A DNA stretch of 63,103 nt, counting the filler, from Licmophora abbreviata (lineage: Eukaryota): the NCBI GenBank assembly GCA_900291995.1. It is 5 parts of 5 records of this genome, joined end to end, with 100 filler letters (N's around TTAATTAATTAA, not from the genome) between each part and the next. Parts side by side here need not be neighbours in the genome. Positions count along the whole stretch, not along the records: positions 24,665 to 30,899 come from OLMU01002578.1; positions 31,000 to 52,669 come from OLMU01002579.1; 3 more parts are not named here. One strand, given 5' to 3'. Shown here piece by piece: positions 24,665-37,575 of this stretch. Numbering within the stretch: position 1 is the first letter of the stretch; each line of letters begins with the position of its first letter. A program made the translations under genes and the position numbers. The notes beneath the pieces are model-generated. The model saw only the letters and a list, made by a program, of their open reading frames with translations, did not search any database and was not told where the DNA came from.

Positions 24665-25010
24665 AAACTTGTGGATCCTGCGAAAAGAGCTCGATCGCCG
24701 CAGCAGAATACAGATGACGATGACACTTCTTCTTTCAAGACGCTGTGCAGCAGTCGAGACGGTCTTTGTCGTCGTTGTCTCGTCCATTCTCCTAGCACTG
24801 ACTGTGGAATACGTTAAGATCGAGAAGCAATGGCGTACGTGAAAAAGAAACAATCGAAAAATTGGACAGCGCTTTTTGCTCGCCTACACTGCTGTGGGCA
24901 TGGATCTTTTGGGTACTCCCCCCTTGCTGCTTGAACTGGTACGAAATCACCGTGTCACTCACCGCCGCCGCCAAATGGTCCTTATCTCTGCATTCTGCAG
25001 GCCCACACGA

Positions 25011-27050
25011 ATGATGTCCGATGTGGACTTCACCAAGACACAACTTGCTGTCCTTGGTGTTATCCTGCTACTTGCAGTCGATACGATCAATCCGGTCAAA
25101 ATATTTCTTCATGTTTTCCCGAGTGTCGCTCCATGGCATATAGCGTCCGCATCCATGCTGCTCATGGCCTACGTTTTCATTTCGGAGATGAAGGCAATTC
25201 TCTACTTTACCGTCAAGATTTTCTTCCATTCGATTCTGTCCATCTTCTTTCGCGAAGTGGAAGTCGTGGGGCGCGACAACATTCCCCGCTATGGACCCGT
25301 CATCTTTACCGGGAATCACGCCAATCAGTTTGTCGATGCCGTTTCAGTTCTGTGTACCTGTCAACACAAGATCTCTTATCTTATGGCAGAAAAGAGCTGG
25401 AAGCGGCGCATCATTGGGGACCTTGCCTGGGCTCTGGATGTCGTCCCTGTCAAGCGTGCTCAAGATGCGGCGAAGCGGGGTACCGGCACCATCGTCATGG
25501 AACGAATGGAGCAGAAGGGGGGAGAGACGGCATTGACTATTCGCGTCACTGGTACCGACACGACATTTACATCAGAGCTGAAGGTAAAGGATAAAATTCG
25601 GCCGCCCGGGACAGCCATGGCACTGAAAGTGATTGCCATCGACAGTAACACGTCGTTGCAGGTCGACGCCGCCGGCGCCGAGGACCTTGCGCTTCCAGCA
25701 AGTCCAGTGTCATTTGATATTCTGGGACATGTAGACACATCGATTGTATTTGGAAAAGTGCTGGATAGACTGTCGAGCGGTGGGACTATTGGAATCTTCC
25801 CGGAGGGCGGATCACATGACCGTACAGATCTACTACCACTCAAGGTCGGCGTCGCGCTCATTGCGTACTCGGCGTTGGAGCGAGATGGATTGCTGATACC
25901 AATTGTGCCTGTGGGGTTGAACTACTTCAACGCACATCATTTTAGAGGTCGCGCTGTCGTTGAATATGGAGCTCCTACGTACATTGATCCGAGCACACTT
26001 AAGGCGTACAAAGCGGGAGGAGCCGAGAGGCGAAGCGTGTGTAACGAATTACTCGACCAAATACAGATTAGCATGAAATCTGTAATTGTCTCCGCGCCAG
26101 ACTATGAAAGTATGCAGATAATTCATACGGCAAGGCGCCTTTATCAAGATAAGCAGCTGCTTACTCCAGAGAAGCAAGACCTTTCGAGACGGTTTGCGGA
26201 AGCGTACAAGCTGCTCTTATTGAGAACCGAAGGTCAACCCCCCAAAGAGTAAGTGGCGTGCAACAATGGCGAATCGTATTGTATGGACGGCATGTACGCA
26301 GATGTTTGGCTTCTTACACTTCTTGTTGCGTCGCTACTCAGATGGTTGGACCTTCAGGATCGCATTTTGTCTTATCACAGAGAATTGAAATCTCTCGGCC
26401 TACGCGATTTCCAAGTACCGGGACTCGATCGGGAGCATTACGATATCAATGGAGACACGGTGCTTCGCGAGATGAATCTGTTTTATCAGATTGGCCATGT
26501 ACTGTTTCTTCTTTTTCTTGCTGCGATTCCAACGGTGTTCTTGAACCTTCCAGCGCTCATGCTTGCATCACTATACGCCGAAAGGCGTCGCAAGAAGGCA
26601 CTGGCAAAATCCAAAGTGAAAGTCAAGGCGACAGACGTCATGCTTACAGAGAAGATCATGTTCTGCATCGTAGCTGTACCAGCATTGTGGTTTCTCGACG
26701 GCTTTCTTCTCTCGAACTTTACCAGCCTTGACAATTACGCTATTGCGCTCGTGTCTCTGAGCATGCCCCTATTCTCGTATGCTGGGATTATGTTTGCGGA
26801 AGCTGGCATGGTAAGTTGGAAGGAGCTACGGCCATACATTATGCGCCTGTATCCCTCTACGCGACGGAGACTTGCAACGTTACCGGCGACGAGAAGGGCG
26901 TTGCAGGCGGATCTACGAAAGTTCATCAGGATGCTAGGACCAACTCTTGGAGAAATCTACTACGGGAAGGAACTCGACTGGAAGGCGATTCAAGAGAAAA
27001 CGCGCCGCGAGTCTCAGAATGCCCCCCATTCACCAAAGAAAACGAATTAG
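25011..27050 (+). CDS. Glycerol-3-phosphate O-acyltransferase (membrane-bound, Sct1/Gpt2-like), 2 exons
   Basis: NHANQFVD (HxxxxD), PVKRAQD, IFPEGGSHDR, IVPVGLNYF, C-terminal TM helices; intron 26250-26341; start uncertain (24900 or 25011). Confidence 0.9.
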
Positions 27051-27122
27051 GCGACCACTTGATTTAATATTTTTATCTGTCTATAATCATTGTGAGCCTT
27101 ACATAGCTCATTGAGTTGCTAG

Positions 27123-29486
27123 CTAGCTCACGTGAGCGTCAAGGAACTCCAAAAAACGCGCAGCGTACTCGTCTGGAGGTACACAGCTTATTGCATGGAC
27201 ATCGTTTCCGATCATCCCTTTCACTCGACGTTCGATCACTTTTCGCGCAGTCCACGGCTGCAAGAAGTCAATCAATCCCAGGTAGAAGATTGCGCGATGG
27301 CCCGTTCGCGTCCCCTCGATCACTGACAGGCCGCCTCCGTCGACTCCGCAGATACCAGCTCCATAGTATGGGAGAGGCAGCGTAAGGATGGACGATAAAT
27401 GCCTCTCAGTAGCCAACCAGGCCTTTCTCGCAAGGTACACGGGTGGAGCAAATACAATGCGCGCCGGTGCTGCAATTGCAGATCTTGACAAGCGCCCCCA
27501 CTTTCTCGTCCTTGTCTCTTGTGTTGCCTCCCTCATTAACAACTCTTGCTCCTCGATCATATCAAAAGCACGGATCGCCTCTTCATCCATATGACGCCCA
27601 TCCATATCGACGATTCCTACCAAGAGACTGTAGTCCATTACTCCGCACTGAGCTAGGAGTCGCACGTCGCGACGGAGCTGTGCCAGCAACGCCGATTTCA
27701 TTGTCGCGCCAAAATGAAGCCCATACTTCGAGGACCTGGCTGGTGTCGTCTGTAGAGACCGAACCAGCTCAACTTCTCGTTTCAAATCTAAATCCTTCAA
27801 AATAGCAGCGGTGCCTTTCTGTTCCTTTTCTGTTTCCGAACATTCGCGTCCCACGGTTGAACCTTTGAGATCGAAACGTTCAGATATGAATTGAGAGCTT
27901 TCCGACGGAAAGACTGAGTTCATTACGATAAAAACGCGCTCTTTATCTTTAGGTTGCCAAGCTTTCCCTCCAGATGCGCTGCTCGGTGAATGAACGTTCA
28001 TGAGCTGGACAAATATGATGCCTCGAACTATTCCTTGCTTAGGAACAAACAGCAAAACTTACCTGCGGTGTCGCGTCGAGCTCGGGTCCGATAATGAAAC
28101 TCCGTACATGCCACAAAATCGAGTCAATAGAGAGCGTCTACCATTCCATCTCATATACTCGTGATATTTCGGAAGCATCTCCATCAGCGTCCGTGCCTCC
28201 TCCTTCTGCGCCAGTTGATGTTCGAGAACGAGAAAGACTTAGTGCTCGATACGCTCGCATTTTCGAAACAAATCAGCGAAACTCTTACCTTGATCGTTTT
28301 AATCATGTATGCTCCATCTCGAGTGAAGAAAAATACACCACCTATCGAAGCCAACACAAAGAAGCTTATGCATGAGTACGAGGTCAGCCTTGGAAGTGTC
28401 CATCGTCACATTTGGTGAGACCATACGTACCAGCTCGAGCGGCGCCCTTCGAGTTGCTCTGAAACGACACGAAAGGCCCAGATTCCAGAACAGACTCCCT
28501 AAAGTCTGTCTCTGATATACCAAATCGACCACGCAAGTCTGAAAAGGTTCGAGGGGCATACGCGGTAACATGGATCTCAAGCTGGGTTGCATTGGTTGTA
28601 TTCGTGATCGAAATGTCGGTGGTCAAAAGCGACGTGAAGTCGCAGTCTGAGGGAATGCACAGCGAGTACGTGAGCACAGCAGCCTCCATATCATTACCCA
28701 TCCACATGAAGGAACAAACCTCGATTCTCCTTTTGGTCGTTCCAACTTTCTCCTTCGTCGTCGCTGGGTTCGTCGAGATTGCCGTTGTACTTCCATGCAG
28801 CCCGAGCCCATTTGGAAAGATATTTCTTGGTGTTGTTTGGGACAACTGCTGATGCCCAACGTGAAGCATTCAGACTAGGAACCGAATAGATCCAATCAAA
28901 CATCTTCTTCGACTTAGGCCCCCGGCTCCTTTCGGCAACGACTTGGTCCATCTGCTGGTCGACTACCTGGTTATTGTTTTCTTCCAGTGAAACGAGTGCA
29001 GACGACTTCGATCTAGATTTCGCAGGCGGAAATGGCGATAATGAGTAGAGCTGCTTTTGTGAAATCTTTTCCTCTTCTTGGATAAAATGCGTGACTGAAA
29101 TTTGATGTTCCAGCGTCCCTGGACAAATGGCAAGTCTAACTGCCTGTTGAAAGCCAAACGACAGTTCCCAAAGAGGCGAGATGTTTGTCTCATTCGTCTT
29201 GTCACGAACATCGTTGGGTCCCAGAATCAATGGACCGTCCATGATTCCAATTTGATCATGCTGTAGTAGATAGATCCCACGTGAGCCGGCTCGTAGAGTC
29301 GCGATGATGGTGGAGGCGTATGCTAACGCGGTAAGCACCGCATCGGTCCAAATCACCATGATCTGTGTTTGAAGGTCAATCAATTTTGGGCATCCGATGG
29401 AGCTACAACTTCATCGATCTTATTCATTTCCATACCACATTCAAATTAACATTCACAGACGTGACAGGAGAAAGCATAGATAGCAT
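27123..29486 (-). CDS. Phosphatidylinositol phosphate kinase (PIP5K family), multi-exon; start uncertain
   Basis: YAPRTFSDLRGRFGI, FQSNSKG, FIVMNSVF, FDLKGS, LKDLD, MDYSLLVGI, YLGLIDFLQ, ISCVPPDEYAARF. Confidence 0.9.
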
Positions 29487-29769
29487 GAAGGCGGCAGCGA
29501 CAGCACACCATATAACTGTGGTCAAGGTCCATGCCAAACATCCTTCAATTTCCAATTTTCGACAAGAAAAGCGCGCGAAAGATTGCAGTTCGCGTCTGAC
29601 GTCATGGTGTGACGTACCAGTAGGAACTTCGAAGATGTTCCACGGATGATCGGCGGCGAGCCCCGGCGAAGTTCGAAAGTGGCTCACCGTTCGCCGCGAA
29701 ATTCGCGTTGGATCATGGGAGATTGAAGATGCTCACAATTTTTCAAAGAAGAAATAGAATACACCGACG

Positions 29770-30654
29770 ATGACACAGCAACGAACGCACCCAGAGATTG
29801 AACAACAGACGGCAGCGCTCCGCTTGTCGGATTCAGACCTGCGCGAGGAGTCGGCCCTCATGACGAGCCACAAGGAAGCAGGAGCTGCCGAGCCAAATGA
29901 CACTGCGACGAGCAGCACGACGGGCGGGTGTCCCTACCAATTCGTACCACTCCGCATGGGAGGCAATGGCGGGACTCACAAACCATCGACTGGTTCTGCA
30001 TTACTCATTGACGAAGTCCCGCTTGACAAACTCCAGGATATGACGGAGAGGTTCTACGAGAAAGCATTCCAGGACAAGACCCTCGACCAGTTTATTCACT
30101 CGCACAACGACCCACACGGAGCCCGATTTGCGAAGTGGATTCATCAAAAGCTGAGCGGATCGAATGTATGGGATTTGGATCGCCAGACGCGAGACTTGAC
30201 GCCCAAAAACGTCGCCGGTGGACGACGTGCCGTTGTACACGATCGTTCATCGGCTCATGCAGCGGCATGGTACAGTGCCAAACGGCCGAAGCAAAGCGTG
30301 GGGCGCCACTTTCAGTTAGATGAGACCCGTGTGTGGATGCGATTGCACTTCTGGGCCATGCGTGAAGCGGGATTATTGGAGTATTCGCCGAGCTTTGCGG
30401 ACTACTACGTGAGGTTTATTGGACATTTTGTTCGCGTGTACGAGTCCAAGGCGCCAATGTTTGCCCGCGAGAGTCTTCGGTGGTCGGAGAACCCGAACAA
30501 TCTTCGATCCTACATTGAGAATGGCCGAGTGATGAACGATGTACTTGGATTGACGTTTCAGCAGGCCATGGAAGATATTCCCGCGTCGGAAGCAGAAGAC
30601 ATCGAGTGGCCGTATTATGCAGCCAATGAGACGGATGAACCGCAGAGTTGGTGA
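29770..30654 (+). CDS. Truncated-hemoglobin/globin-like protein
   Basis: FYEKAFQD.TL..F, H..RFA.WI.Q.L.G, AH (candidate proximal His), W in TRVWMRLHFWAM resemble group II 2/2 globins. Confidence 0.6.
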   Translation: MTQQRTHPEIEQQTAALRLSDSDLREESALMTSHKEAGAAEPNDTATSSTTGGCPYQFVPLRMGGNGGTHKPSTGSALLIDEVPLDKLQDMTERFYEKAFQDKTLDQFIHSHNDPHGARFAKWIHQKLSGSNVWDLDRQTRDLTPKNVAGGRRAVVHDRSSAHAAAWYSAKRPKQSVGRHFQLDETRVWMRLHFWAMREAGLLEYSPSFADYYVRFIGHFVRVYESKAPMFARESLRWSENPNNLRSYIENGRVMNDVLGLTFQQAMEDIPASEAEDIEWPYYAANETDEPQSW

Positions 30655-30731
30655 CCTAGCTAGACCCATACAACGAACGAAGTATAATAAATGTAATACT
30701 GTAGTCAACTTGGAGTGCACGATTTCGCTTT

Positions 30732-31512
30732 TCAATTAGCGGTATTACTGTTGGCTTGTAGATTGCGAGGCGGACGAAACAGCGACGTCATTGGGATGAG
30801 CTCGGGGCGGGGGAAGCCCCCGTCTCCTCGGGGAAGAGGCTCTGTCGCATTGTTCTTGTCGAACGGGTAGCACCACAGTACTATACGCTTAGACAGTTTN
30901 NNNNNNNNNNNNNNNNNNNNNNNNNNNNNNNNNNNNNNNNNNNTTAATTAATTAANNNNNNNNNNNNNNNNNNNNNNNNNNNNNNNNNNNNNNNNNNNNC
31001 AGTACTATACGCTTAGACAGTTTCGGTAGAAGTCGAAACTTTTTGACTGCCTGCACGCCCTCTTCCTGTTCGTCGTCCCGCTTTCGAGCTGGAAAGATAA
31101 GAGTAGCGCTCTGGTTGTGAGCCAAAGGAAGATCCTCGAGTCGATACGTAACTTGCAGGGTGTCTCCAAAAGCGTATCGAATCTCTTTCTTCGGCTTTTC
31201 AGACTTGTGTGGTGCGATAGACTGCTGAGTTTTGCCCCGTTTGTTTCTTCCCGTTGTCTTCGTCTTGCTGACGTTTTTGCATCCCGTGTCATCACTTGGT
31301 GGTCGCAATCGTCCCTGATGAACCTCAAGGTACTTTTCAATTTCCTCGCCGCACTCTCTCGGAAATATCTGCGAGCCCAGCAGATCCAAGAGCTCTCGTC
31401 GGAGCTCCGGAGAAGAGTGAAACCACTGTTGATCGACCTTCCGGAGATACACTACGACTTCCGCGAGATGCGTCTTGCCGACGCGCACTTCCGAATACGT
31501 CCGTGTGCTCAT
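30732..31512 (-). CDS. Hypothetical protein, weakly SLX4IP-like; spans a closable gap
   Basis: ORF continues in frame across the spacer via a 24-nt flank overlap: ...KRIVLWCYPFDKNNATEP...NTAN*. Confidence 0.65.
30900..30999. other. Artificial contig spacer; flanks overlap by 24 nt
   Basis: CAGTACTATACGCTTAGACAGTTT at 30876-30899 and 31000-31023. Confidence 0.98.
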
Positions 31513-31744
31513 GGTTCAACGTTTAGCTTCCACGGGTGAGAAGCGCGATGTGGAGTCTAGTGGAGTCATGGGCGACGGCGGGGTCGTCGACCCACGAATC
31601 CAATCAGTAAGCCTGTCATCATCCATCGCAGCGCGCTCAAATCTCAAGTTTTGAGAGCCGACGATGCTGCGGGACGACGAGAGCGCGCGACGACGTCATA
31701 ACTGTGAGTGAGTATATACCGCCTTGGTACATTAACTTACCACC

Positions 31745-33051
31745 ATGCTGCAACCGAACGGCGAGACTTTGGCACCCGCCATACAACTTGCGGAAGCTGT
31801 TCCTCTCTTGCCACCACGCCCTGACGCTATTGTGACCCTGCTGACAACAGACAACTTTCTGCCGGGTGCGCAAACTCTTCTTTACTCTGTCAAGGTGGGT
31901 CGTCCGCAACTTACACGGTTCTCGCGGCGTGGTGCGCAGGTGTATGATGCATTGTACTCATAGACTCGTCCCAATTCGTCTCTCGCCTAAAGAAACTCCT
32001 TCCGAAGAATCAGAGCTACCCGCCGGAACTTGTGGTCTTTGTGACGCTGAACGTATCGAAAGCTACTCGAGACGCACTGCATCCTGTTTTCTGTCACCGG
32101 ATAGTCGAGATTGAACCTATTTCCTTCCCAGGCAACGCACTAGACAACAAACAGGTCGTCTCGGCTCACGTTGAAACATGGCGTGAGCAGGGGGCCCTGA
32201 CAAAGCTTCACATTTTCAGATTTCACGTCTACGATACCCTTCTCTACCTCGACGCAGACTGTTTGGTCGTCAAGGACATCTCCCATCTGCTCGAATTGGG
32301 AAAGACATTTCTTGAATCCGACGCTTTGGTGGCTGCTGCTCCTGATCTGTTCCCACCCGACAAGTTCAATGCTGGGGTCATGGTGGTGCGGCCATCGCAG
32401 TCAGTCTTTGACAACATGATGGGACAGCGCACGCTACTAACAACATACGACGGAGGCGACACTGGTTTTCTCAATGCCTACTTTAGTGATTGGTACACGG
32501 ACATGCCTCCCATGGCGCGATTATCCTTCGGCTACAATGCACAGCGCTTTATGTATCATTGCACGTACGACAAACAACCAAACTATTGGGATCTTGCCGT
32601 CTCGCCCGAGTTGCATGTCATTCATTATTCGTCGTCTCCAAAGCCGTGGGAAGCATTGGAAGGTGCTGTCGATAGTGCTGCTGTCAGTGCCGACGATCAT
32701 TTAGAGGAGGGTGATCGGAAAAAGATACAAAAGGTGACCAAGAATGTAGAGTTGGAAGCTTTGTGGAAGACTTATTATCAACGCAGTCGCAATTACGACC
32801 ACTCGTTTCGAACAAGTCAGCCGGAAGAAGCGGCGGGGCGGCAAGATGCAGCGGCACCAGCGACAGGCACAGCCATTCCGAGCGATCCGAGAGAGATTCA
32901 CAGACATGTTACAAACCGGTATGACGAGCTACGGGCGCAAGGAAGAGATCGCAAGGAAGCAATGCGAATTGCTCGCTCGGAGTACAGACTTGATAGAACT
33001 GATCACATCCCTGCGTCCGACAGGGTGGCTGCCATGTTTGGACTAAAATAG
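31745..33051 (+). CDS. Glycogenin-like glycosyltransferase family 8, 2 exons
   Basis: AIVTLLTTDNFLPGA, TKLHIF, LYLDAD (DxD), FNAGVMVVRPS, DGGDTGFLN, HYSSSPKPW. Confidence 0.88.
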
Positions 33052-33072
33052 TACGTGCACCTTCAATTTGCG

Positions 33073-34119
33073 CTACAGGAAAGTACCCATTCTAGTTGCC
33101 AGCAGTTGACACCATGCCACGTCTCGAGGCGTGAAACTCTTGGCCGTGTCGGACCCTAGAACGAGTACCTCTGTGGCAGCAGTCCCGGTATCATTGTTGC
33201 GAACCGGAAGCAAGAGTGCTCCTTGAGTGTTTGGTGGCAAGCAAGTAAATTCGACTCGTCCCGGGAGCGCTTGAAGCGTAGGGAGGTATGATTCCTTGCT
33301 GGCGTCCTTGCGAAATCGATCAAGAATAGGGTTTGCGGCGTTCTTATTTTCGAGCATCGTGCGCTGCTCGGGAGCCTTCGGTACGACCCCTGCCGATGCT
33401 GCTATCTCCCAGTCACTCTCAGTGTGTTGAAGCAGCACGAGCGTTCCCGCAGGTGTGGCAGTCAAGATGGAGTCTACTGCCCACTTAAATTCATCTTTAT
33501 TGCTGACTGCGGTCGAATAGTACTCTGGTTCTGACAACTGGACACCCTCCAGCTGTACCGTCTCTGCTAGGGCCGACGTGACATCCAGCTTGCTCAGACC
33601 ATTCAACAAGACAGCTCCACTGGCAAACACCGCAAGAAGATCGGATCTCGTTTGTTGTCCCACAACTTCTGGGGGAAGAGAGTCAATCATGCCCAATCGC
33701 TGCACTAGACAAATAGCTAACCCTGTCCCTCCCAGTAGAATGGACCCCACGTCCGACGATAGCAGCGACAGAACCAAGTCGAAAGCACTTGTGACTCCAC
33801 CAACTTCCTCCATGACCGTAAACCGTGCAGATCCGCCCCCGTCTTTCGAATTCGGAGAGGGCTCGGCGTATAGACGTGTCCTGGAATGTTGAAAAGGAAG
33901 GGCGGCGGTCTCGCAAAAGTGATCGATTCGATTCGCTGTGTCTTCTCTTGTTTGGCCTAACTCGGTTGTCGTACTACTACTACTCGTACACGCTGTGGCA
34001 TCAGTGCTGGGTCGGTTGTGTATTGCTCGCCTATCGGAAAAGCTATGTCCACGCTGTCCCAATAGAAATATGCATAGCGACAAGAAAACAGGGTGCCGGT
34101 AAGAACGATGGGACCTCAT
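33073..34119 (-). CDS. CCB4: Cofactor assembly of complex C subunit B (CCB4-like; cytochrome b6 heme ci attachment)
   Basis: Signal + GHSF leader; RSDLLAV, YLPTLQALPGRVEF..LPPNTQG, LVLGSDTAKSFTPRDVAW. Confidence 0.75.
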   Translation of the reverse strand: MRSHRSYRHPVFLSLCIFLLGQRGHSFSDRRAIHNRPSTDATACTSSSSTTTELGQTREDTANRIDHFCETAALPFQHSRTRLYAEPSPNSKDGGGSARFTVMEEVGGVTSAFDLVLSLLSSDVGSILLGGTGLAICLVQRLGMIDSLPPEVVGQQTRSDLLAVFASGAVLLNGLSKLDVTSALAETVQLEGVQLSEPEYYSTAVSNKDEFKWAVDSILTATPAGTLVLLQHTESDWEIAASAGVVPKAPEQRTMLENKNAANPILDRFRKDASKESYLPTLQALPGRVEFTCLPPNTQGALLLPVRNNDTGTAATEVLVLGSDTAKSFTPRDVAWCQLLATRMGTFL

Positions 34120-35773
34120 ATCGTGGTGATGCAGCGACTTGGTGTGATGTATGAGTCGATGTGATGAATGACGATGTTAGATTATGTAATGGTTATGAGC
34201 GATGTTGAATGTGATGGGGTAACGTCGAAGGTCAGTCGAGTCAGTCGAAACAGAACAGGACCATCATTTGCTCAACATGCCGTTTCGTCCCCCAGAGCCT
34301 ACCTTACTCACGAAAGAGTTTAAAAGGATCAGGGGCGACGTCATGGTGATTCAGTCATCTACTGTGTATCAGTCTACCTATGCCTAACTAATAGCGTGCA
34401 GACACCTACTACCGGTAGTTGGAGACAGCGAGATGTCAAGGCTTGTGCGCACAACTCTGCCTGACCAAAGAACCGTTGAGCTGAACGAGAATCTCGTCTA
34501 CCGGAATGCGGCTCGCTTGAATTCTCCAATACCCGGAGCGTTTTCATAAGATGATAGTCGAGCCCCTGATATTGAATAATGTGAACGTACGACGGCTATT
34601 CGGTTTCTTGTATCTTTTTTCCCGCAAAGTTGCCTGCCGATCTGTCCTGCATAACTCTGTAGGATTGCTCAACTACCCGCGCTCTCAAAAGTCTCTCCGT
34701 TCCCTTGCGTCGAGTATGATATCCGATCCAATCGATCGTAGCACACAAGCCCCGCTCAGCACCGGTTATGATAGTCAATGGTCCCGACTTGTCCATCCTA
34801 CACTGACGTTCTGACACAATGACCTAGCCTGTGCAGAGACTCTCTAGACTTTGCCTGTGCAGAAATTGACAACAACGAAGCCAGTGAAGGGACTTGGCGT
34901 CTCTGGATAAGACATGAGTATTATGCTGGTACCGCGAACTTCTCGTTCACAGCCGCGAACTTCCCACATGCTTTCAGTTCCACACGACGTCGTTCTCTCG
35001 CAACCGTCATAGATATGCACTATGAACTGGATCTCCAGTCTGGATCGTTTGGTTCGACTGTTCTGTTCGTTTCCGGGTGAATATTTAGAATCAACGGTCC
35101 CAGTGCCATCGAGCAAGTATAGACACGGCCCATTTGACTTTCGATCCGCACCTACAATGGTTCGATGTAAATCACAGCTCGATAATGGCTACAGTGGGAG
35201 GAATCAGCAGTCGATATACCATTCACATTTCCAAGTAGTGCATGTGCCCAATATCGAAGCGAAAGTCCAACCAAGAAACACTCTGCTCCAGCCAGCAGCA
35301 CCAAATCGACCTTCAGCCAATGTGGATCGACGATGAGAGGAGCGTAGGTCAGCATCCATCCCGTCTATTGCTCTCGCAGACTCGTTCTCTTCACAAATAA
35401 CGGATGTTCGAAGCTAGTATAGTCGTAGAACAGACCAAGCTGCCTTCGCTCAGTCAGCCTCAAAGCACTAGACGAAGCGACGACGGAGAATGTTCTAAAT
35501 TTCAATTGAAAAATCTGTAATGTCTTGTGTACGCAGGGCGACCGCGCGCTTTGATGCGATCGCATTACGTCTGCGCGACAAATGTCTAGATGACGATGAT
35601 GCCCATGTTCAATGTACTGTACTCTCATCGCCTCTAGTGCTTCTTGCTGGGGAAGTTCTGATACGAAAGTCTTGTTGCATTGTGCGAACGCCGCTCCAGT
35701 GAGACTGGGAGAGCAATTCTTGTAAAGTGAAAATCGAGAGGTAAAAATATAGTCCAGAACACAGATACCAAAA

Positions 35774-37542
35774 ATGCATCGCAGAGGCCAGTTGGCCGCA
35801 GCACGTGCCGTGCGATCGATGGATGGCGACAACAAGGTCAGACCCAAAGACTCCGGAAAACCGGGTACCGAGGGTCCTCCTCTGCCCTCTCTGTTGATTG
35901 CCTTCCTTGGATCTATACTGGTACTCATGGGGGCGATATGGAACCTTCCAAACGAAGCTGGGCGAGACACGCGACGCTCCGTCGGACCCACGATTGTCGT
36001 GCTGCCATCGGCCAACGCGGGTGACGACAAGAAGGCGACATCAGCTACATTCGTTGGAGGGGGTGATACGCTATTGGAAACGGCAAAACAAGCGGGGCTA
36101 CATTCTGCTTCTGCGCACCGAAGCGGTGAAGACGACTATCACATGGTATTCTCTACTGGGTGCTCCATATTTCAGGACTGGCAGTCCTACATGTTCTTTT
36201 TTCACGCCATGAGGGTTGGACAGCCTGGGCATGTGACACGGATCGTATCGGGGTGTAACACGCAAGAGGAACAACAGCTCCGTACTCTGTTTGAGACACA
36301 AATTGCCACAATGTCGGACAGATTCCATCTGCATTTTACGCCCGACTACAGCGGCGTGAGCAAGGGATACAGGTTCAAGTATTACAACAAGCCGTTTGGC
36401 ATGCTGCATTGGCTGGAACATGGCGTAGGATATCCGGGAAACGTCGACCACGACGACTGTGTTATCATTCTGATGGATCCAGATCAGATTCTTCTGCGGC
36501 CGATTACGCGTGACTTTAGAAACTCGACCATCTTGTGGAAAAAGACGGGAGACAAGGAACCTTCCACCAACTTGATTGTCGACCACGGTTCGCCGTTTGG
36601 ACAGCTCTATGGATTCGGAGCGCAGTGGATGACAAAGGTTGATCCTGTACATGTCGCACAAAGGAAATCACCCGTTCAACTCGTCTCCATGCCCGACGCA
36701 CGAGACTACTATTCCGTTGGCCCCCCGTACATTGCCACGGGTCGAGATATGTACAAGATAGTTTCGAAGTGGGCGGAGTTCGTCCCAAGTATGTATAGTG
36801 TTGGATTATGGCGACCAACAAGTTGTCTGCTGATGTATGCGTTGATTGTCGTTCAATCTCACGGTCTTACTCTCTCGTATGACTCGCAGGAATTCACGAG
36901 GACTATCCCCACTTGCTCGGTAGGTGCTCAGCGCAACTTCCCATTTCTCTGTGGTGTCTTGGTGGTGATGTAACGGTCTGGTTCTCATGTTCGTTGCTAT
37001 CGTCGCCTCTATCTCTGCTTCTGTTGCTCAACTTTGACAGCGGAGATGTTTGGCTACTGCTTTTCAGCGGCTGACCAAGGTCTCAAACACAAGGTCGCAG
37101 TGTCGTTTATGGTGAGCGATCCATACGCCGGTGGTATCGAAGGCTGGGGCCTCGTCGATGTCCTCGGAAAGGAAAATGTCTGCCAGAATCCTCCGAGGGA
37201 CCGACTGCCGTACCTGCTGCATTACTGTCAGAGATACATGCTCGGAAAGTGGTTCATTGGCAAATACAGATTACCAAAAGACTTCATCTCATGCGAATCC
37301 GCCTTGTTGACGGAACCCCGGCGGACATTGGTCTAAAGTACGACTACGCGATCGGGCCAGGTTCCAACGAGAAGAAACCTTTCCTGAAGCCTCACCATAT
37401 TGTACGTATGGCGTTCATGCTATGTCAACTGATACCAGCTTTGAATGAAGCCGCGGTGTACTTCAAACAAAACAACTGCCAGGCCGGAAAGGCTAATTAC
37501 AACCGGACATATGTGTTTCACGCTTCAATGGAGACAGAATAG
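35774..37542 (+). CDS. Peptidyl-serine alpha-galactosyltransferase / HPAT-like glycosyltransferase; 30-nt micro-exon; apparent frameshift at 37316-37319
   Basis: Type II TM anchor, VFSTGCSIFQDWQ, GQPGHVTRIVSGC, YYNKPFGMLHWL, LMDPDQ, AEMFGY, LHYCQRY. Confidence 0.8.
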
Positions 37543-37575
37543 CGAGCAATGTTACTGTTACTTTTGAGTGCGTGT

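Noticed and set aside
34150..35770. 1.6-kb intergenic stretch as hidden gene or transposon
   Set aside because: Only short motif-less ORFs; no terminal repeats or transposase/RT motifs recognised.
37316..37319. Frameshift/pseudogenisation of the glycosyltransferase
   Set aside because: One missing C in a C run restores TEPPADIGLK; homopolymer error likely.
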